64,000 bases of DNA from the human T2T-CHM13v2.0 reference genome, Homo sapiens: the NCBI RefSeq assembly GCF_009914755.1, contig NC_060942.1; one strand, 5' to 3'. The position numbers and the translations under genes were made by a program. The notes under the pieces are model-generated. The model had not been told where the DNA came from and searched no databases. It worked only from the letters and a program-made list of their open reading frames with translations. Position 1 is the first letter of the stretch. The number at the start of each line of letters is the position of its first letter. Positions 15,261 to 29,202 of the stretch are shown here, in pieces.

Positions 15261-15487
15261 AGCTATATTACCCTTTGGCTAAGGCTAAGACAGATTCTTG
15301 CAGTTCATTATTGTTTAGCAGATAGCAAGCTTTTTAGACACTTTTATAGTGAAAGTGTGTCTTCTCGCTTTATTTATATACTTATAGAATCATCTTTGAA
15401 GAAATAATCACCAACTGCCAAATTTGAGGACCTTGGCAGATGGAGACAGATTTCCCAGGGAAAATTTGAAATGGCGGGGAGTCTAAC

Positions 15488-15666
15488 CAGTGATGTGCTG
15501 ATAAGAAAAACATCCCTGATTTGGAGAATTTGCCAGTTTCTGTGATACAAATAGTCTCACCCTTGCCAATTTCAAGCTACTAACTTGGGGTTATTGAATC
15601 CTGACTTGGAAAGAGTTGAGCATGATGAGTCGACCTGAGCTGCTGTAGGCTTGCTCCAGCACACTG
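15488..15666 (-). mobile_element. MER63A-like hAT-Blackjack MITE
   Basis: Inverted termini cagtgatgtgctg ... cagcacactg; internal ccctgatttg and gccaatttcaagctac match the MER63 consensus. Confidence 0.75.
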
Positions 15667-18600
15667 CGGAAGCTATCAGACATTCACATTTCATCTAGAA
15701 AGACATGGGGAGGGATGCTGATCCACGCTTAAGTCCTTCCCCTTTCCATTCTGATCCTCACTTGGTCTTCCAACCATTGTTCTTTTTCAGATATATGGCT
15801 CTTGTGACAAGATTATAAAAGTCAAAGATGCTTTATCCCAATATGTATCTTATTCATTTAGGCTGTCAAATATAATTTAGTTTGTTATCCATAGCAGCAG
15901 TGCCTCATTGCTTGAGCAGGCATGCGGCAGTGATGTGAAGAGCAGGAGAGAGTGGTGTCAGGACCTGAAAGGGTGTGCACCTGTGGAGTAGCTGTTTATT
16001 AGGACTTGTTCCTGATGCAAGCATGTCAGGCCAGGGTTCATCTTCCAAAAATAGGGGTAGCAATTCCAGAGTCCTCCACTGATTTATGGAGAAGGACCCA
16101 TCATTCTGTAACTCTGAAAGCTATGCCAAGAACAGGTTATTCATGTGAGACTTCATTTCCTTTAATGGATCTGGGACAAAACTTGTAGTCATGTTTACAA
16201 GCCATGAGTGCCTGCACCACTGTGGTGGCATCCCAATACTAGGATATTTACCTAGAGCTATATGAAGCAGAATCATCAAACCATAAGTAAGAATCTTGTT
16301 AGAGTTTGTTTAGCCACAGGCCTACTATTAGGGAAGTACTAACTCCCTTCATCTAAATTTCTACATACTCTAATAGTCTTCTTAGTTATCACATGGCATT
16401 GACCATTTTCTTGTTGTCTGTATTAGCTCCTGCTGCAACGGCAGTTATGAAATCTGACTGAGTTTGTGCCAAGGCACAGCTGTTCTCACTGGTCTTGCAG
16501 ATGCCCAGCAAGTTGCTGGGAATACCCAGATGAAGCCTAAAGCTGCTCCAGATATAAAACTGTCCACACTAGTACAACTTAAATGTAGTACAAATGCTGT
16601 AAGTTTGCAATATCCCTCAGAGATTTTAATGGAAAATCCAAGTACTGTTTTAGTTTTTTTCCTTTTCTTTTGCTGATAACCCCTTTTACAAGATTTAAAG
16701 ATGAGTCCACAGGGTTGGACTGAGTTCAGTGGTAACACATTCTCTACCCCTTTGCCCTGAGATACTTTCCTAGAATCACACATGTGTGTTTTATTCCTTT
16801 CTTGGGAGTATTCTGGTTTTGATCCCTTAACCTATTCACCAAGGGAGCTCTAAATAATATCATCCACCACTTTCATGGGCCACTCACATTTCATAAAGAT
16901 TGCAAAAGAGATAAAACAGAAAACTATTAGTGGTACATTAGCTACAACTCCTTTCTCTTCCTTTTCACTGAACACAGTGAACAGAAAGACTCATTGGCTT
17001 GAGAGCCACTGTGCTGAAAGGCTTGTTTATGAGTTCCCAACATCTTCAAATAGGAAACCACTCAAGAGAAGTCCAGATAAAAGTCAAGGGTTAGTTAAAG
17101 CCAGGAGATACAACAATAATGCCAGCTATGAAAAGCTGAGCCAGGTCATACAAAGAAGAATAAAATTCAGAGTTTAGATGTTGGAATTAAGAATGCATGT
17201 CAGTTAGGCTGGAAAAATAGTTGAGAGGAGAGACCATGAATTTTATTGGAGAGCAAGAGACTATTTTTATGGAGTACCAGCTAGGTTAATGGAGTCAGAT
17301 GGGGTGGGATATGTGAACTGTCTAGAATTATTTACTTTCAGCCAGTCATACTCATAACTGCAAAAAGGACAAGTTGAGGCTGTGCCTCTCTTTAGAATGT
17401 CTGCATTTTAAATATCTATTTACAGCAAATGATATGTTGCTGTACTGCAGGTTTATTAGAACACTAGCATATGTGTTGACAAGGCAAAGGTATGTTAAAT
17501 ATCTTTCTGGAGAGTCAATCCTGATAAAGCAGGATATGCACTTAATTATAGTCATTTAACAGTGGCTTTTCTACTTTAATTATAGTTTTATATAATCTAT
17601 GCATGACAAGTCTGAATAATAATAAAGGAGGAATTATAAGCTGAATATGGAGAAGGTTTTGGACCCTGCCTGCTTCTGAACTACACTCTCAATCTGGATT
17701 ATATATAAGCATATATAAATAACATACACTCCTCTCAAGAATGCTGCATTACTAGAGCCTTACACTGTTCTTAAATATGAAGGAGATTTGTTTTCAGGTT
17801 ATTGGAGATACAGAGATTCACAGAACTGCCTTGAGGGACACATTTTTTATGTACAAATATAGCTTTTACCTAGCCAGTTGGTAGGTCAAAACCCAATGGC
17901 CCAGGGAAATGGTTTATCTCTTAGCTCAGAATTTGACTCTGTGGTGGGTAGACTATAGTTAAAAGAAATGATTTTTTTGACATTGGTCAGAAAGTTATTT
18001 CCTTATAGTGACTTATTTTGTCCATTCACTTGTACCTAGAGGTTTTAAAAGACAGACACATTAAACCTGTGGCTAGAGGTGGGGCTTACAGAAGCAAGAG
18101 TGACAGTCTTCACCATCAAATGCAGTTGACGTTTGCAAATGACAGGAGACAAACTGGAAATTGTATTCCCTCAATTCCTAGCAGCTGATTCCGACTCATT
18201 CATACCAATATTGTAACTGTTGTCACTCTTCAGAGTCCCTCTGGGACATTAGTACTAGGTTGTCAGTTGTCCTGTAGTTAGGCATCTATGACGTGAACAC
18301 CAATAGGAACCTATAATTGCTAGAAACTCTTATTCATTTGTTTTAGTGTGTTGAAATCCATTATATTTGTAATGGATTTTCCAAGTCTCACTATTTGCCA
18401 GACACCCTCTCTGCACCCTTGCTTCTCAGCTTATTGGAACAGACTGACGGGAAAACTATGCCGCTCTCTTGGTTTCTAGGGTGGAATTTCAGGGGAGAAT
18501 GATGGGAGAGGCCAGGTAATAAAAAAGCCTCCTTCCAGAGATGATATAACTTGGCAGCCTTAAGCTCAAGAGATGGAGGTGGGATCAGGATGAAATAAGA

Positions 18601-19411
18601 GCATGGGAAATCAGGATTCATCACACAAATAAATTTTCCATTAATGTTTGTGGATTAAGGATAATAAGGGAAAGAATGCCAGCAAAAAACATGTATATTT
18701 TATGCAGGAAAGGCAATAAAATTTGATATTTTGATTTTTACACTCCTTATCCCACATCTGAATATAATTGTCTAGGATTGCAGGAGTTATTTTCTGCAAG
18801 TGTTGCTGGTAATTCTTCATCCAGTCTTCTTCCAGTGTGGGTACAGTTACGAATATTGCCACCTAGGGCTGACAGCTGCTTTCAACTGGACAAGGTTTTA
18901 TGGTTTCTTTGTCTTTCCCCCAACCCACAAATGTTCTCAAACCTCTTGCATTTATTTATGTTATTTTACTTTGCATGAATGGGGGAAGAAACAGTGTTCA
19001 GCAATTCAATGATGGCTGAATGGAATAACAGAATTTCATTTCCTAAGGGAACATTTGAGAGTGATTGAATCACCCTCAATCTACAAGCCACATTTTTGCA
19101 CTATTTTTCTACTTGACTAATTGATTATGACAGGTGTCACCCAAGCTTTGCAGCTTAGGCTGTCCCCATGCTAAGACAGAGCCATAGCAAGCAACTTCTA
19201 TTGATGAAATAGAAAAGCTATGCATGGTTATTTTTCCTTATTGATTTTCTAGTATATGATGTCAGTTAATTACTGAGAGCCATTCACTGCATACATGTAA
19301 GTAGTCATTATAACCATATTTTCAATTGATTTTTTCCCTACAAACATAATCAGTTATTTGTTTGAGCTGAACAGAAATGTAAATATCTGCAGTTGTAAAA
19401 AAAAAATTGGA

Positions 19412-19468
19412 TGTGTGTGTGTATGTGTGTATGTATTATATGGGTATATTCTTTATGGGCATGTGATT

Positions 19469-19504
<36 letters not shown>

Positions 19505-19560
19505 ATATATATACACACACACACACATACATGCATATATACACACACATACATACACAC
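19412..19560. repeat. Complex microsatellite (TG)n-(ATCT)8-(TA)n-(CA)n
   Basis: Read directly; the ATCT array lies at 19471-19502. Confidence 0.9.
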
Positions 19561-19779
19561 TAGATATAATCAATATTATATGCCCATCGGGAATATACTC
19601 CCTGTAACATATTTACAGGTGTGTTTGTGTGTTGTGAACAGAGAAAGAACAGCACATGTCATGGCCATGCTAACAATTTTGGTTACTATACCAAAAGGGA
19701 GATTTCTAAAGTATTGAGCTTTAAGTATATTGCATTTTTAGTTTCGCAAGACAATGAAAAAATTAGCCTATCTACCTTA

Positions 19780-20083
19780 TGTGGAGGGAAAGAAGCCAGA
19801 TACACCAAAAATTTATTTGTATAAGTCTACTTATATAAAATTCTAGGAGATGACAACTGAATATATAGTAACAGAAAGAAGATCACAGGTTGCTAGGAAC
19901 TGGAGGTGGCAGGAGGGATGGACCACAAAGGGTTATGAGGAAACTTTAGGGTTGATAAGGTATCTTGTGTCTCTTGCTTGTGGTGGTGATTTTTTGGTTG
20001 ATGTACCTGTCAGGATTCATCAAATTGTGTATGGGCACAGTTTGTTGAACAGAAATCATGTCCCAATAAAGTTGTTTTAAAAA
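19780..20083 (+). mobile_element. L1ME/L1MC-type 3' end
   Basis: gaaagaagccaga...aaattctag...gaaagaagatcacaggttgc...caaagggttatgaggaaact...caataaagttgttttaaaaa. Confidence 0.7.
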
Positions 20084-20382
20084 TGAGGAAATGTATGTCT
20101 CAGCATTTGAACACTATTTGGAGAATTACCACAAATTTTCCATGTTTCTAATAATATTAAATCATTTCTACATATGGCAGGAACTTCATATTTCTCAGAA
20201 TATACTCTTGGAATGGAAGTGATTATATCCATGATATATATTGAATGTCCAGGCCCTAAAGGGCCATTCGGAAGACATTTGAGTTTTTTTCTAGTTGACT
20301 TGATAATTTCTACTTACCTAGGAAGAGGAGAGCAATAACTAACCTTTGAAAATTTCTCATATTGACCTACATGATAGACTGA

Positions 20383-20971
20383 TATATTCATTTTCAATTA
20401 GTGTATAACAAATTACTACAAACTTAGCAACTTAACATAACACACATTTATTATTTCAAAATTTCCATGTGTCAGGAGTCCAAGCACAGCTTTGCTGAAT
20501 TTGAGGTCTCCCCAGGCTCCAATCCAGGTATTGGCCAAGGTTGAGGTCTCATCAGAGGCTTGACTGGGGAATGATCCACTTCCAATCTCTCAGATTATTG
20601 GCAGAATTCTTCTGCATGTGGCCATAGGTCTGAGTTCCCCATGTCCTTGCTGACTGATACCTGATGACTATCCTCAGAACTTTGAGGCCACTCAGCGTTC
20701 CTGGCCATGTAGCCTCTCCATAGGAAGCTCACAACATGAAAGCTCACTTCTTTGGGATCAGCAGAAGCTCTTCTTTCAGTCTGCTGTGACATAGCTTTGT
20801 AAAATGTTACTTAACTATGAAGGTAACCACCTTTGCCATGTAATGTAATCTAACCAAGAGAGTAACTGTTTTATAAATTTTGCTATATTGTATTGACTAG
20901 AAATCCAACTGTACCCAGTGGAAGTACAGTCATCTTAGATGGCTTGGGCCACTTTAGTGCATATCTACCTC
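20383..20971 (-). mobile_element. MLT1 (MaLR) solo LTR, MLT1D/E-like
   Basis: taacaaattactacaaacttagc, acatttattattt, gtcaggagtcc and tctcatcagaggcttgactgggga are MLT1 motifs. Confidence 0.75.
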
Positions 20972-21115
20972 AGTTGTTTTATAGAGGACCCTTGAAATAA
21001 GTAACTTTCTAATAATATATTTAATAAAGAAATATTTGAATAAATTTATATACATATACTTAATAATTTTAGCAGAATGTCATTCAATTTTAAATAAGCA
21101 AGAATAATATTACTA

Positions 21116-21418
<303 letters not shown>

Positions 21419-22842
21419 GAGTAGTACTTTTAAAATCTGGTCTAATTTATACTGGTTTAATTTTTATAAAAACTCTCAGGACCCTACCTATTGTGTCGTC
21501 AGGCATGTCTCTACATGGTGCACCAGGCCATGAAGGAGTTAATGTGCCTCTCTAATGCTGTCAATTTCCATCTTCCTCGTCAGTAAAATAAGACCTATAA
21601 TTTGCAAAATGAATCCACATTCTTGAACAGTGACTGCATTAAAAAACCTGAGTATTTTAATAATTAGCTATTCAAATTATCTTATGGTTGCCTACTATTC
21701 ATAAAGTCAAAAACATAATATAAAATAACATAGATCATAATATTAGTTACAGATGTCAGCTTACTTCTATTTTTCTGAAGAAAAGGTGTTAATGAATTTC
21801 TCTAGAATGATTTCTGACATAATTGCCAGGATTGTACAATATATCATTCTACATTTATGCCAGCAAATTAGCATCTGTGATTCATACAGTGGTAGCTTTC
21901 TTAATTTTATCATGTACAAAATACATGTTGTTTTGATTTTTCAAAATAACTCATGGCTCTCTGCCTTGTAGACTGAAGAGAATTTACAATTTTGTCGTTG
22001 AATTGGTGAATATTTCAAACAATATGACAGACACTAACAATATACCCTTGGGTTTACAGCAGAATAAAGCTGCTACTCTGATAAGCTACCAAATACTGTA
22101 AATGCATCAATAATTTCAGCCTGAAAAATATTACTTTTTTAATTGATGCATTTTTCTCATGACAATTATACAATACTTAGCACGCAATATTCACTTTCTA
22201 ATACCAGAAAGGCAGCTACAGATGGTGTCAATATAAATTGTTTGTAATATTCTCTGTGTTTGTACGTACTATATACACTATGATTACATCCAAGAGCTCA
22301 GGTTTGCAGACCTTTTCTGCCCTTGTATTTGTGACCTTGGGTGTACTTCTGCACTATCCAATGTCTCTCATAATGCAAAATTACAGTAATATCCACTTAA
22401 TGTTCATAGGCTGCTTTGTACAATTACAGTTACACAGCGATCACTCAAAACACAGTGATAATACAATTCCTCATCAAAATAAACCATTACTGGCCAATGT
22501 TTGTGACTTTTTCCGGACTAAGCCACTCTCCTGGGGCTGGCAATTTATGGTGCAAAAAGCAGCAGAATGTGCTATTTATAATTATGCAGCTTTCTTCTGG
22601 GATCAGAAAATCACTGGACCTCATTCCTACCTTACTGAAAGAGGAAATGGTAATTTATGTTGTGTTATTTGTCTTCAAAATGAGGAAATAGGGTCAAAGG
22701 AAGGATAAAGTGTCCAATGTCATGCACTGGTAAAACTGGAATTAGTAGTTACCATCTCATGATCTGATTTCTAGTTGTTTGTTTGGTTGGATTTTTTTCT
22801 TTGTTGTTGTTGTTTGTTTTATCTTGAATACCTTTTTTGTTT

Positions 22843-23066
22843 AACAAAAACTTATTGTGCACCTGCTATGAGTCAGGCATTCTGTATGTGTTTTATAAAT
22901 TTTAACTCAGTTGACTTTCAAGCTTAGGAGTTAGCTGCTGCTATTGTCACCCACATTTTATAGGTGAGGAAACCGAGACACTGAGAGGTGAGGCAGTTTG
23001 TATGAGGACACATAACTGGTATGTGGCAGAGGCAGTTTGGCTCTGGAATCTACACTTAACCACTGT
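22843..23066 (-). mobile_element. MIR
   Basis: cacattttataggtgaggaaaccgagacactgagaggtgagg is the MIR core. Confidence 0.8.
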
Positions 23067-23089
23067 TCTTTGCCACCTCTCCTTCTCCT

Positions 23090-23345
23090 GTGTGACTTGT
23101 CTTTATCCTCCAGGTCAGAAACGCATCACATAAGGCCTATTTCCTCCCACCATGATCACTAGTGCTTATACTCTGTTTACCATATTGAGTCAGTCACCAA
23201 GGAGGATACAAATAAAGAATGTGAGCTCCAAAAAGGCAGACGGTATTTATCTTGCTTACTGAATCCCCATTACCTGGAACAGTGCCTGATACATGAAAAA
23301 TATTCAACAAAAATATTTTGCATGAATAAATGATCAGATGAATAG
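23090..23345 (+). mobile_element. L2 3' end
   Basis: gaatgtgagctcca...cctggaacagtgcctgatacat...attcaacaaaaatattttgcatgaataaatga. Confidence 0.7.
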
Positions 23346-25894
23346 ATAGATAAATGGACAGATGTATGAGATAGATATGTACCTTGTTTTAAGGGAGCTT
23401 TTAGTTTAAGAAGACAAACCATAATTCAGCTGAATAAAACATTTTATGATTTTTTATTCTTTTCATATCCTTCAAAGAGTGTTTCTATAAATAAAACTAT
23501 TTCAGTCTTGGTGAAACAGATTTGCTCAGTTTTAAAATATATATTAGAAAAACATATGTTAAAACCCAAATTAAACAAGCTTTTATCTGCATGGCTCAGT
23601 GTCAACTCAGATTAATTTGGTAGAGGTGAAAATGAATTCTTTCGCAGAAATTATCTTGCCATATTTTAGGATGATGTTTCCGTATGGGTGGCATTTTTAT
23701 GAGAGGAAATTGAGAGCAGAATAACGAATGGAGTTGGGAGAATATTGCAGGTGTCTTCATCTTAAATATGCCCCCAAATATAATAGAGTCTGCACAGAGA
23801 TTACATGCTGGAGTTAGTAGAAAGGATTCGGTAGTTTGTTTTCATATCCTTATCATTTAAATAAAACATTGTCATGTTTATATTTTTTCACTGTAGGTCA
23901 TTCAATTTCTCTCACACAGAGAAATATGCCGAAGTAGGGACACATTCAGGAAGGGAAACTAGTAATCAAGAGACAAAAAATTGATTTTTGTATAAAGACT
24001 AATATATGCTGAGGGAAAAAGAGAAGGAAAATGTCAGTGTGTGGTAATATAGGAGGTTTGAGTGATTGATTAAAGATTGGAAAGGGAAGCCCGACAAAGG
24101 GAATTTCATCAAAATATATAAAACCAAAAAAGACATGATAGGTGGCTATTGATTTATTCAATAAATTGTAGTATCCTTCACCCCAAGAATCTACTCAAAC
24201 TTTAGAAGAGTTTGTTTTAGGATGAGTTATAAATAAATTCAGATAATAAACTCAGCGAGAAATTTAATGGCACAAGAAGTTCCTCAATAAGTCATTAAGA
24301 TAAGTGATGAGAATTTCAGTACACATCCCTAAATTTTGCAGTTGGTGTCAGAGTCAGTCAAATGTTTATAAAGCATGAATCCTGGTTAAAAAAAATTATG
24401 TCAGAGAAAAATCTACCATACTCATTGATTATTGAGTTTATAACTAGAGCTTTCTTCATGATTATTATTGAGACAAATGATGATGAAAGTCCCTAGCGAC
24501 CTCTGTTTCCTGTTTGTTAAAGGGCTAAAAAATAGTGAAATGATTTGAATATAGGGAATGGGAAAGTAAGAGAACCACTGTGTATGAGTGGGTATCCTCC
24601 AAAATAAATTGGGCTATGTTTCTGAGCCAATACGTATGAAACAAAGGGTGGACCAGAATATATGTAAAGTGAAATTTAAAATTATTTATCATAATCGTTA
24701 ATAGTCAAAGATGGGGAAAATCCAGGAAGGCAAAAAAGTTGAAACTGCTAGCGAAATGGGTTTCCCAGATTAGCCAGAATCCTAAATTGCCGTAAAGGAC
24801 ACACTAAATTGTCTGGAAGTTCATCCTAGGTTTTAGTGATCTGTGATCATTTTACCCTGGACTAGCATGAGGAGCGAACTATGATGTGTAAGATTTTGGA
24901 AACACTATTTCAGCTGACTGGATTTTGTGGATTCTTTCAATGACACATTCCTTTCATCAGAGTCATTGGTATATACTCTTCAGTAATTTTTATGTTTTGT
25001 TTTGTAGCTTTCTTGTGGTACATTGTTCTACTGCTCACTTCTTGCCTCTCTCCTCTCCATGGTTGTGTGTTTACAAAAAAATGAAACTTCCCACCCGCAA
25101 TTTTGAATTGTATTGTCCTGGTTATGATTACTTTTCATTTTCTTGTCATCCTTGATACTGTGACCAGTCTTTCTCAGGGAAGTACATTGAACACCAAGCT
25201 ACCTGTGGTATGTCCATATGCTCATATGCTCTGAAACAAACCCTGTCCAACATGTTGAATTCCTTTCCCTAGGCTCTGCCTAAGTGCAAGCCTTGTGATT
25301 CGCTTAGTCCATGCCCTCTGGGAATTTGCTATGCCCACTGGAGCACAACTGTCTTCCCACCCTGCCACCTTTAATTTTATTAGCTATTAGCTGTTACCTA
25401 AGTTGAAAAATGGAATGACACAGGAATGTAGTTGAAATCCAGTGCATTACTCCCTAGGATGAAAAACAAAGTAGACACACAGGCTGACTGGTGCCAGGTG
25501 ATACAAAAGCGTCAGCATGAATCATAAATGCTCTGGTGGATGACACTTCTCAGATTGATGGCTGCAGTCTGAACGCTTTGTGTCTTGGGCCTGTGTTTGG
25601 AAGTCGGGTGGTGCACATTCTTTTCCACCCTTTAGAATTAATCTTTTCACACTGGCTGATAGATGTTAGCTACAAACACAGTAAGAATCCTAAAACTTAA
25701 CACTGTTGTTGTTCCTTTTTTTAAATAAGTTCTTTACTCAGAAACAAATGATGCACTCCTAATAGATAAACATCCTTTTATTATATGTCTTCATGGAGTC
25801 TACTCTTTTTTAGACAAACACTAGTGCTAACCACATTAGCGCTGATCTTTAACTATAATTTAAGCAACAGTCCCTACCCCTCTTTAAAATAAAC

Positions 25895-26490
25895 ATTTTT
25901 ATATATTGTAGAATAATTTTACATTTACATGAAAATTGTAAAAATATAGCAGAGCTCCTATATACCCTTTACCCAGTTTTCCACTGCTAACGTCTCACAT
26001 GACTGTGTATTTCAAAACTAAGAAATCGACGTTGCTATATTACTGTGAACTACAGTCCAGTCTTTATTTGGATTTCATTAGGTTTTCCATTAATATCATT
26101 TTTCTGTCTCAGAATCCAATCAAGGGAACCTCCTTGCATTTATTTGTGATGTCTTCCCAGACTCCTTTTTCTGTAACAGCTTCTATCTTTCCCTTTTTTC
26201 TTGACCTTGACTGTCTTGAAGAGGATTGGTCAGGTATCTCAATCTGGGTATATCCAAAGTTTTTTCATCCTTTAGACTGGTATTCTTTTTGGAAAGAATA
26301 CCACAGAGGGGAAGTGTACTTCTTGCCACATAATATCAAGGATACGTGACAGCCACATGACATCACTGAGGATAATAACTTTTACCACTCACTAAGTGGT
26401 GGCTGAGTTGGCCAGGGTTTTACTCTGAAATTAATATTTTTTCATCTCCATACTCTTTTCTTTGGAAGCAAGCATATCAATCTAGCCCAC
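25895..26490 (-). mobile_element. L1MC-type 3' fragment
   Basis: aataattttacatttacatgaaaattgtaaaaat...ataccctttacccagtttt and ttggaaagaataccacagagg. Confidence 0.65.
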
Positions 26491-27606
26491 TCCCCAGCCT
26501 CCTCACCTCTTTTTTTAATGGCTGCAATCAACTCTATGACTAAGATCTAACATGATTGTACCACATTCTGTGTTAATTATCTAATACAACTCTAGATAGT
26601 TAAGAAGGCAGTATAGCCAGTGTGCTGACAGCTGTATAGCAGTGACTCCTCCTTTTGAGAATACAGGTTGGTTGCCCAGAAAGAGTTTAAGAATAAAACT
26701 CTTACAATCTCCAGATTTCCTATCCCTTACCTCTACCCAAAAGAATTAGACACCAGAACAGATAGTTTACGTGTTTGGCTCATGACATAGCTGGATGGCA
26801 GAGAGGGGTGAAGTCACCTCTGGTTCATCTTGAGGATTTTTGTCTTATTTTCTAGTCATCCCTTAGTGAATTTCTTTAAATATCATGTTATGGTTTGTGT
26901 TCAGACCCTAGAGCAGCAGGAAACCAGAGACAAGAGTGAGTTAGGTTTTGTAACTCTATCTTCATGCTTATTGCAGAGTAGCTGCAGAATCGCAAACTAC
27001 ATGTTATAGTCAGTAATTTTAAAATGTTTCAGGAAGCGTGGCATCAAGTTGTGAACTTTACACAGGTAATTTTTTCCTTCTGTCAAAATATTTACTTATG
27101 AATGTGTTATATAATTTACTTTTTGCTTTAAGTAGCCACAGGTGCGAGAATGATTGTTTCCATCCCATTTGAAGCTTAACAAATTTTCACACTTTGAAGG
27201 TGAAGGCCACAGTGTTTTGTATTCTTATGTTGACATTTATTATACTGAAATAATTCTCTTTGGTGGAATTAATAATTACTTGGAGGATGAAGTTACAATA
27301 GAATATTCAAAGATATTGAAATGAAAGGTACATATGCTGACCCTTTCTATTATCATCTTTTCTAACTGTAGCTTACTTACCACCTTCTTCTCTTTGAATA
27401 GTTTGATATGTAACAGCTCTGCATATTAGGGATGTTAATGCTTTTAATAATATGGAAAATGTCTCAGATTGTCATTCATATTTCCATCTCCCTATTATGT
27501 TTCCTCATGTAGAAGTTTTTGTTTCAATACAGTCATATTTATCAATATTTCTTTTCATGGGTTCTGGTTTTTACATTTTCTTAGAACTCCCTTCCCATTT
27601 CAATGG

Positions 27607-27961
27607 TGTATTAGTCTGTTCTCATGCTGCAAATAAAGACATACTTGAGACTGGGTAATTTATAAAGGAAAGAGGTTTAATTGACTCACAGTTCCACCTG
27701 GTTGGGGAGGCCTGGCAATCATGATGGAAGAGCACGGGACATCTTACATGGCGGCAGGCAAGAGAGAGCTTGTGCAAAGGAACTCCCCCTTATAAAACCA
27801 TCAGATGTCATGAGACTTACTCAGTGTCATGAAAACAGCATGGGAAAGACCCGCCCCCATGATTCAATTACCTCCCACCAGGTCCCTCCCACGACACATG
27901 GGAATTGTGGGAGCTACAATTCAAGATGAGGTTTGGGTGGGGACACAGCCAAACCATGTCA
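27607..27961 (-). mobile_element. THE1 (B/C-like) MaLR solo LTR
   Basis: tgtattagtctgttctcatgctgc...gggtggggacacagccaaaccatgtca, 355 bp, TG..CA ends; 5-bp TSD aatgg/aatag. Confidence 0.92.
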
Positions 27962-28279
27962 AATAGCCAATATCTATTCACTTCTGAATTTCCAATATAT
28001 AGTAAGGTGGTGAAATAGTCAAGTCAGGGGCTGGTGCCATTTGTTTTCCTTTATATTTTGAGACTGTACGTAACTGAACTCAAGGTACTTTATGGGCATT
28101 ATCCACTGTATTTGTGTCTTGATGGTCATGTGGGAGAAGAGGGAAGTTTTTACAATGTTTTCAGTTTGGAAGAAATTCAGGAACAGGAGATAATATAATA
28201 AGGTCATATCATCAAATTTTATTGCTTTTATCCCCTAATTCTCATCTTTTTCTGTATTATGCTATCTTTAGAACCAGTG

Positions 28280-28395
28280 TGCTATATGGTCTGAGTGTTT
28301 GCGTCCCTCTAAAATTCATGTTGAAACTTAATCCCCATTGTGGTGGTATTAAGTGGTGGGGCCTTTTGGGAGGTGATTAAGCTGTGAGGGCTCTG

Positions 28396-28427
<32 letters not shown>

Positions 28428-28953
28428 AGACCGACTCTTGCTCTGTTGCCCAGGCTGGAGTGCAGTGGCGCGATCTCGGCTCACTGCAAGCTCCGCCTCC
28501 CGGTTCTCGCCATTCTCCTGCCTCAGCCTCCCTAGTAGCTGGGACTACAGGCGCCCGCCACCACGCCCCGCTAATTGTTTGTATTTTTGGAAGAGACGGG
28601 GTTTCACAGTGTTAGCTAGGATGGTCTAGATCTCCTGGCCTCGTGATCCGCCCGCCTCGGCCTCCCGAAGTGCTGGGATTACAGGCATGAGCCACCGCAC
28701 CCAGCCCAGGGCTCTGCTTTTATGAGTGCGATTCATGCCCTAAAATGGGCTGAAGGGAGCTGTCTTGCCCTTTCTACCTTGTGAGGACGCAGCAACGGGT
28801 GTCATCTATGAAGCCCTTACCAGACATCGACTCTGATGGTTGGTGCCTTAATCTTGGGCTTCCTAGCCTCCAGAATTGTGAGAAATATATTTCTGCTGTT
28901 GATAGATTACCCAGTCAAGGATATTATTATAGCAGCCCAGGTGGATTAAGATG
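28280..28953 (+). mobile_element. MST (MaLR) solo LTR interrupted by AluY
   Basis: tgctatatggtctgagtgtttgcgtccctctaaaattcatgttgaaacttaatcccca ... cttcctagcctccagaattgtgagaaata...tatagcagccc. Confidence 0.85.
28397..28706 (-). mobile_element. AluY (antisense) with T30 tail and perfect 14-bp TSD
   Basis: AluY diagnostics ctgcaagctccgcc, cgccattctcc, gttagctaggatgg, ctcgtgatccgccc; CpG-rich; TSD agggctctgctttt at 28387-28400 and 28708-28721. Confidence 0.95.
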
Positions 28954-29202
28954 CAGCTATTACTTTTAGAACTGGATAGTGAATCTGTCATTGAGTTCCA
29001 AATTCTGTCCCAAATTTGGATGAATTGTTTTCAACTAGAAAACAAGGGGGAAGAAGAGAGAAAGAAATAAATAGAAAAAGAAGAAGTAAAATAGAGAGAT
29101 GGAAGCTACTGTTGCTTCATAGCTTGATAGAGCCTTAGTAGTGATTTTAGGGACTGATGTACCTGCACCTGGAAGGTATTTAACCAGCTGATAACTGGAA
29201 GA

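Noticed and set aside
22238-22708. 156-aa ORF
   Set aside because: Non-ATG start, partly MIR-like sequence, no domain or splice support; within chance expectation.
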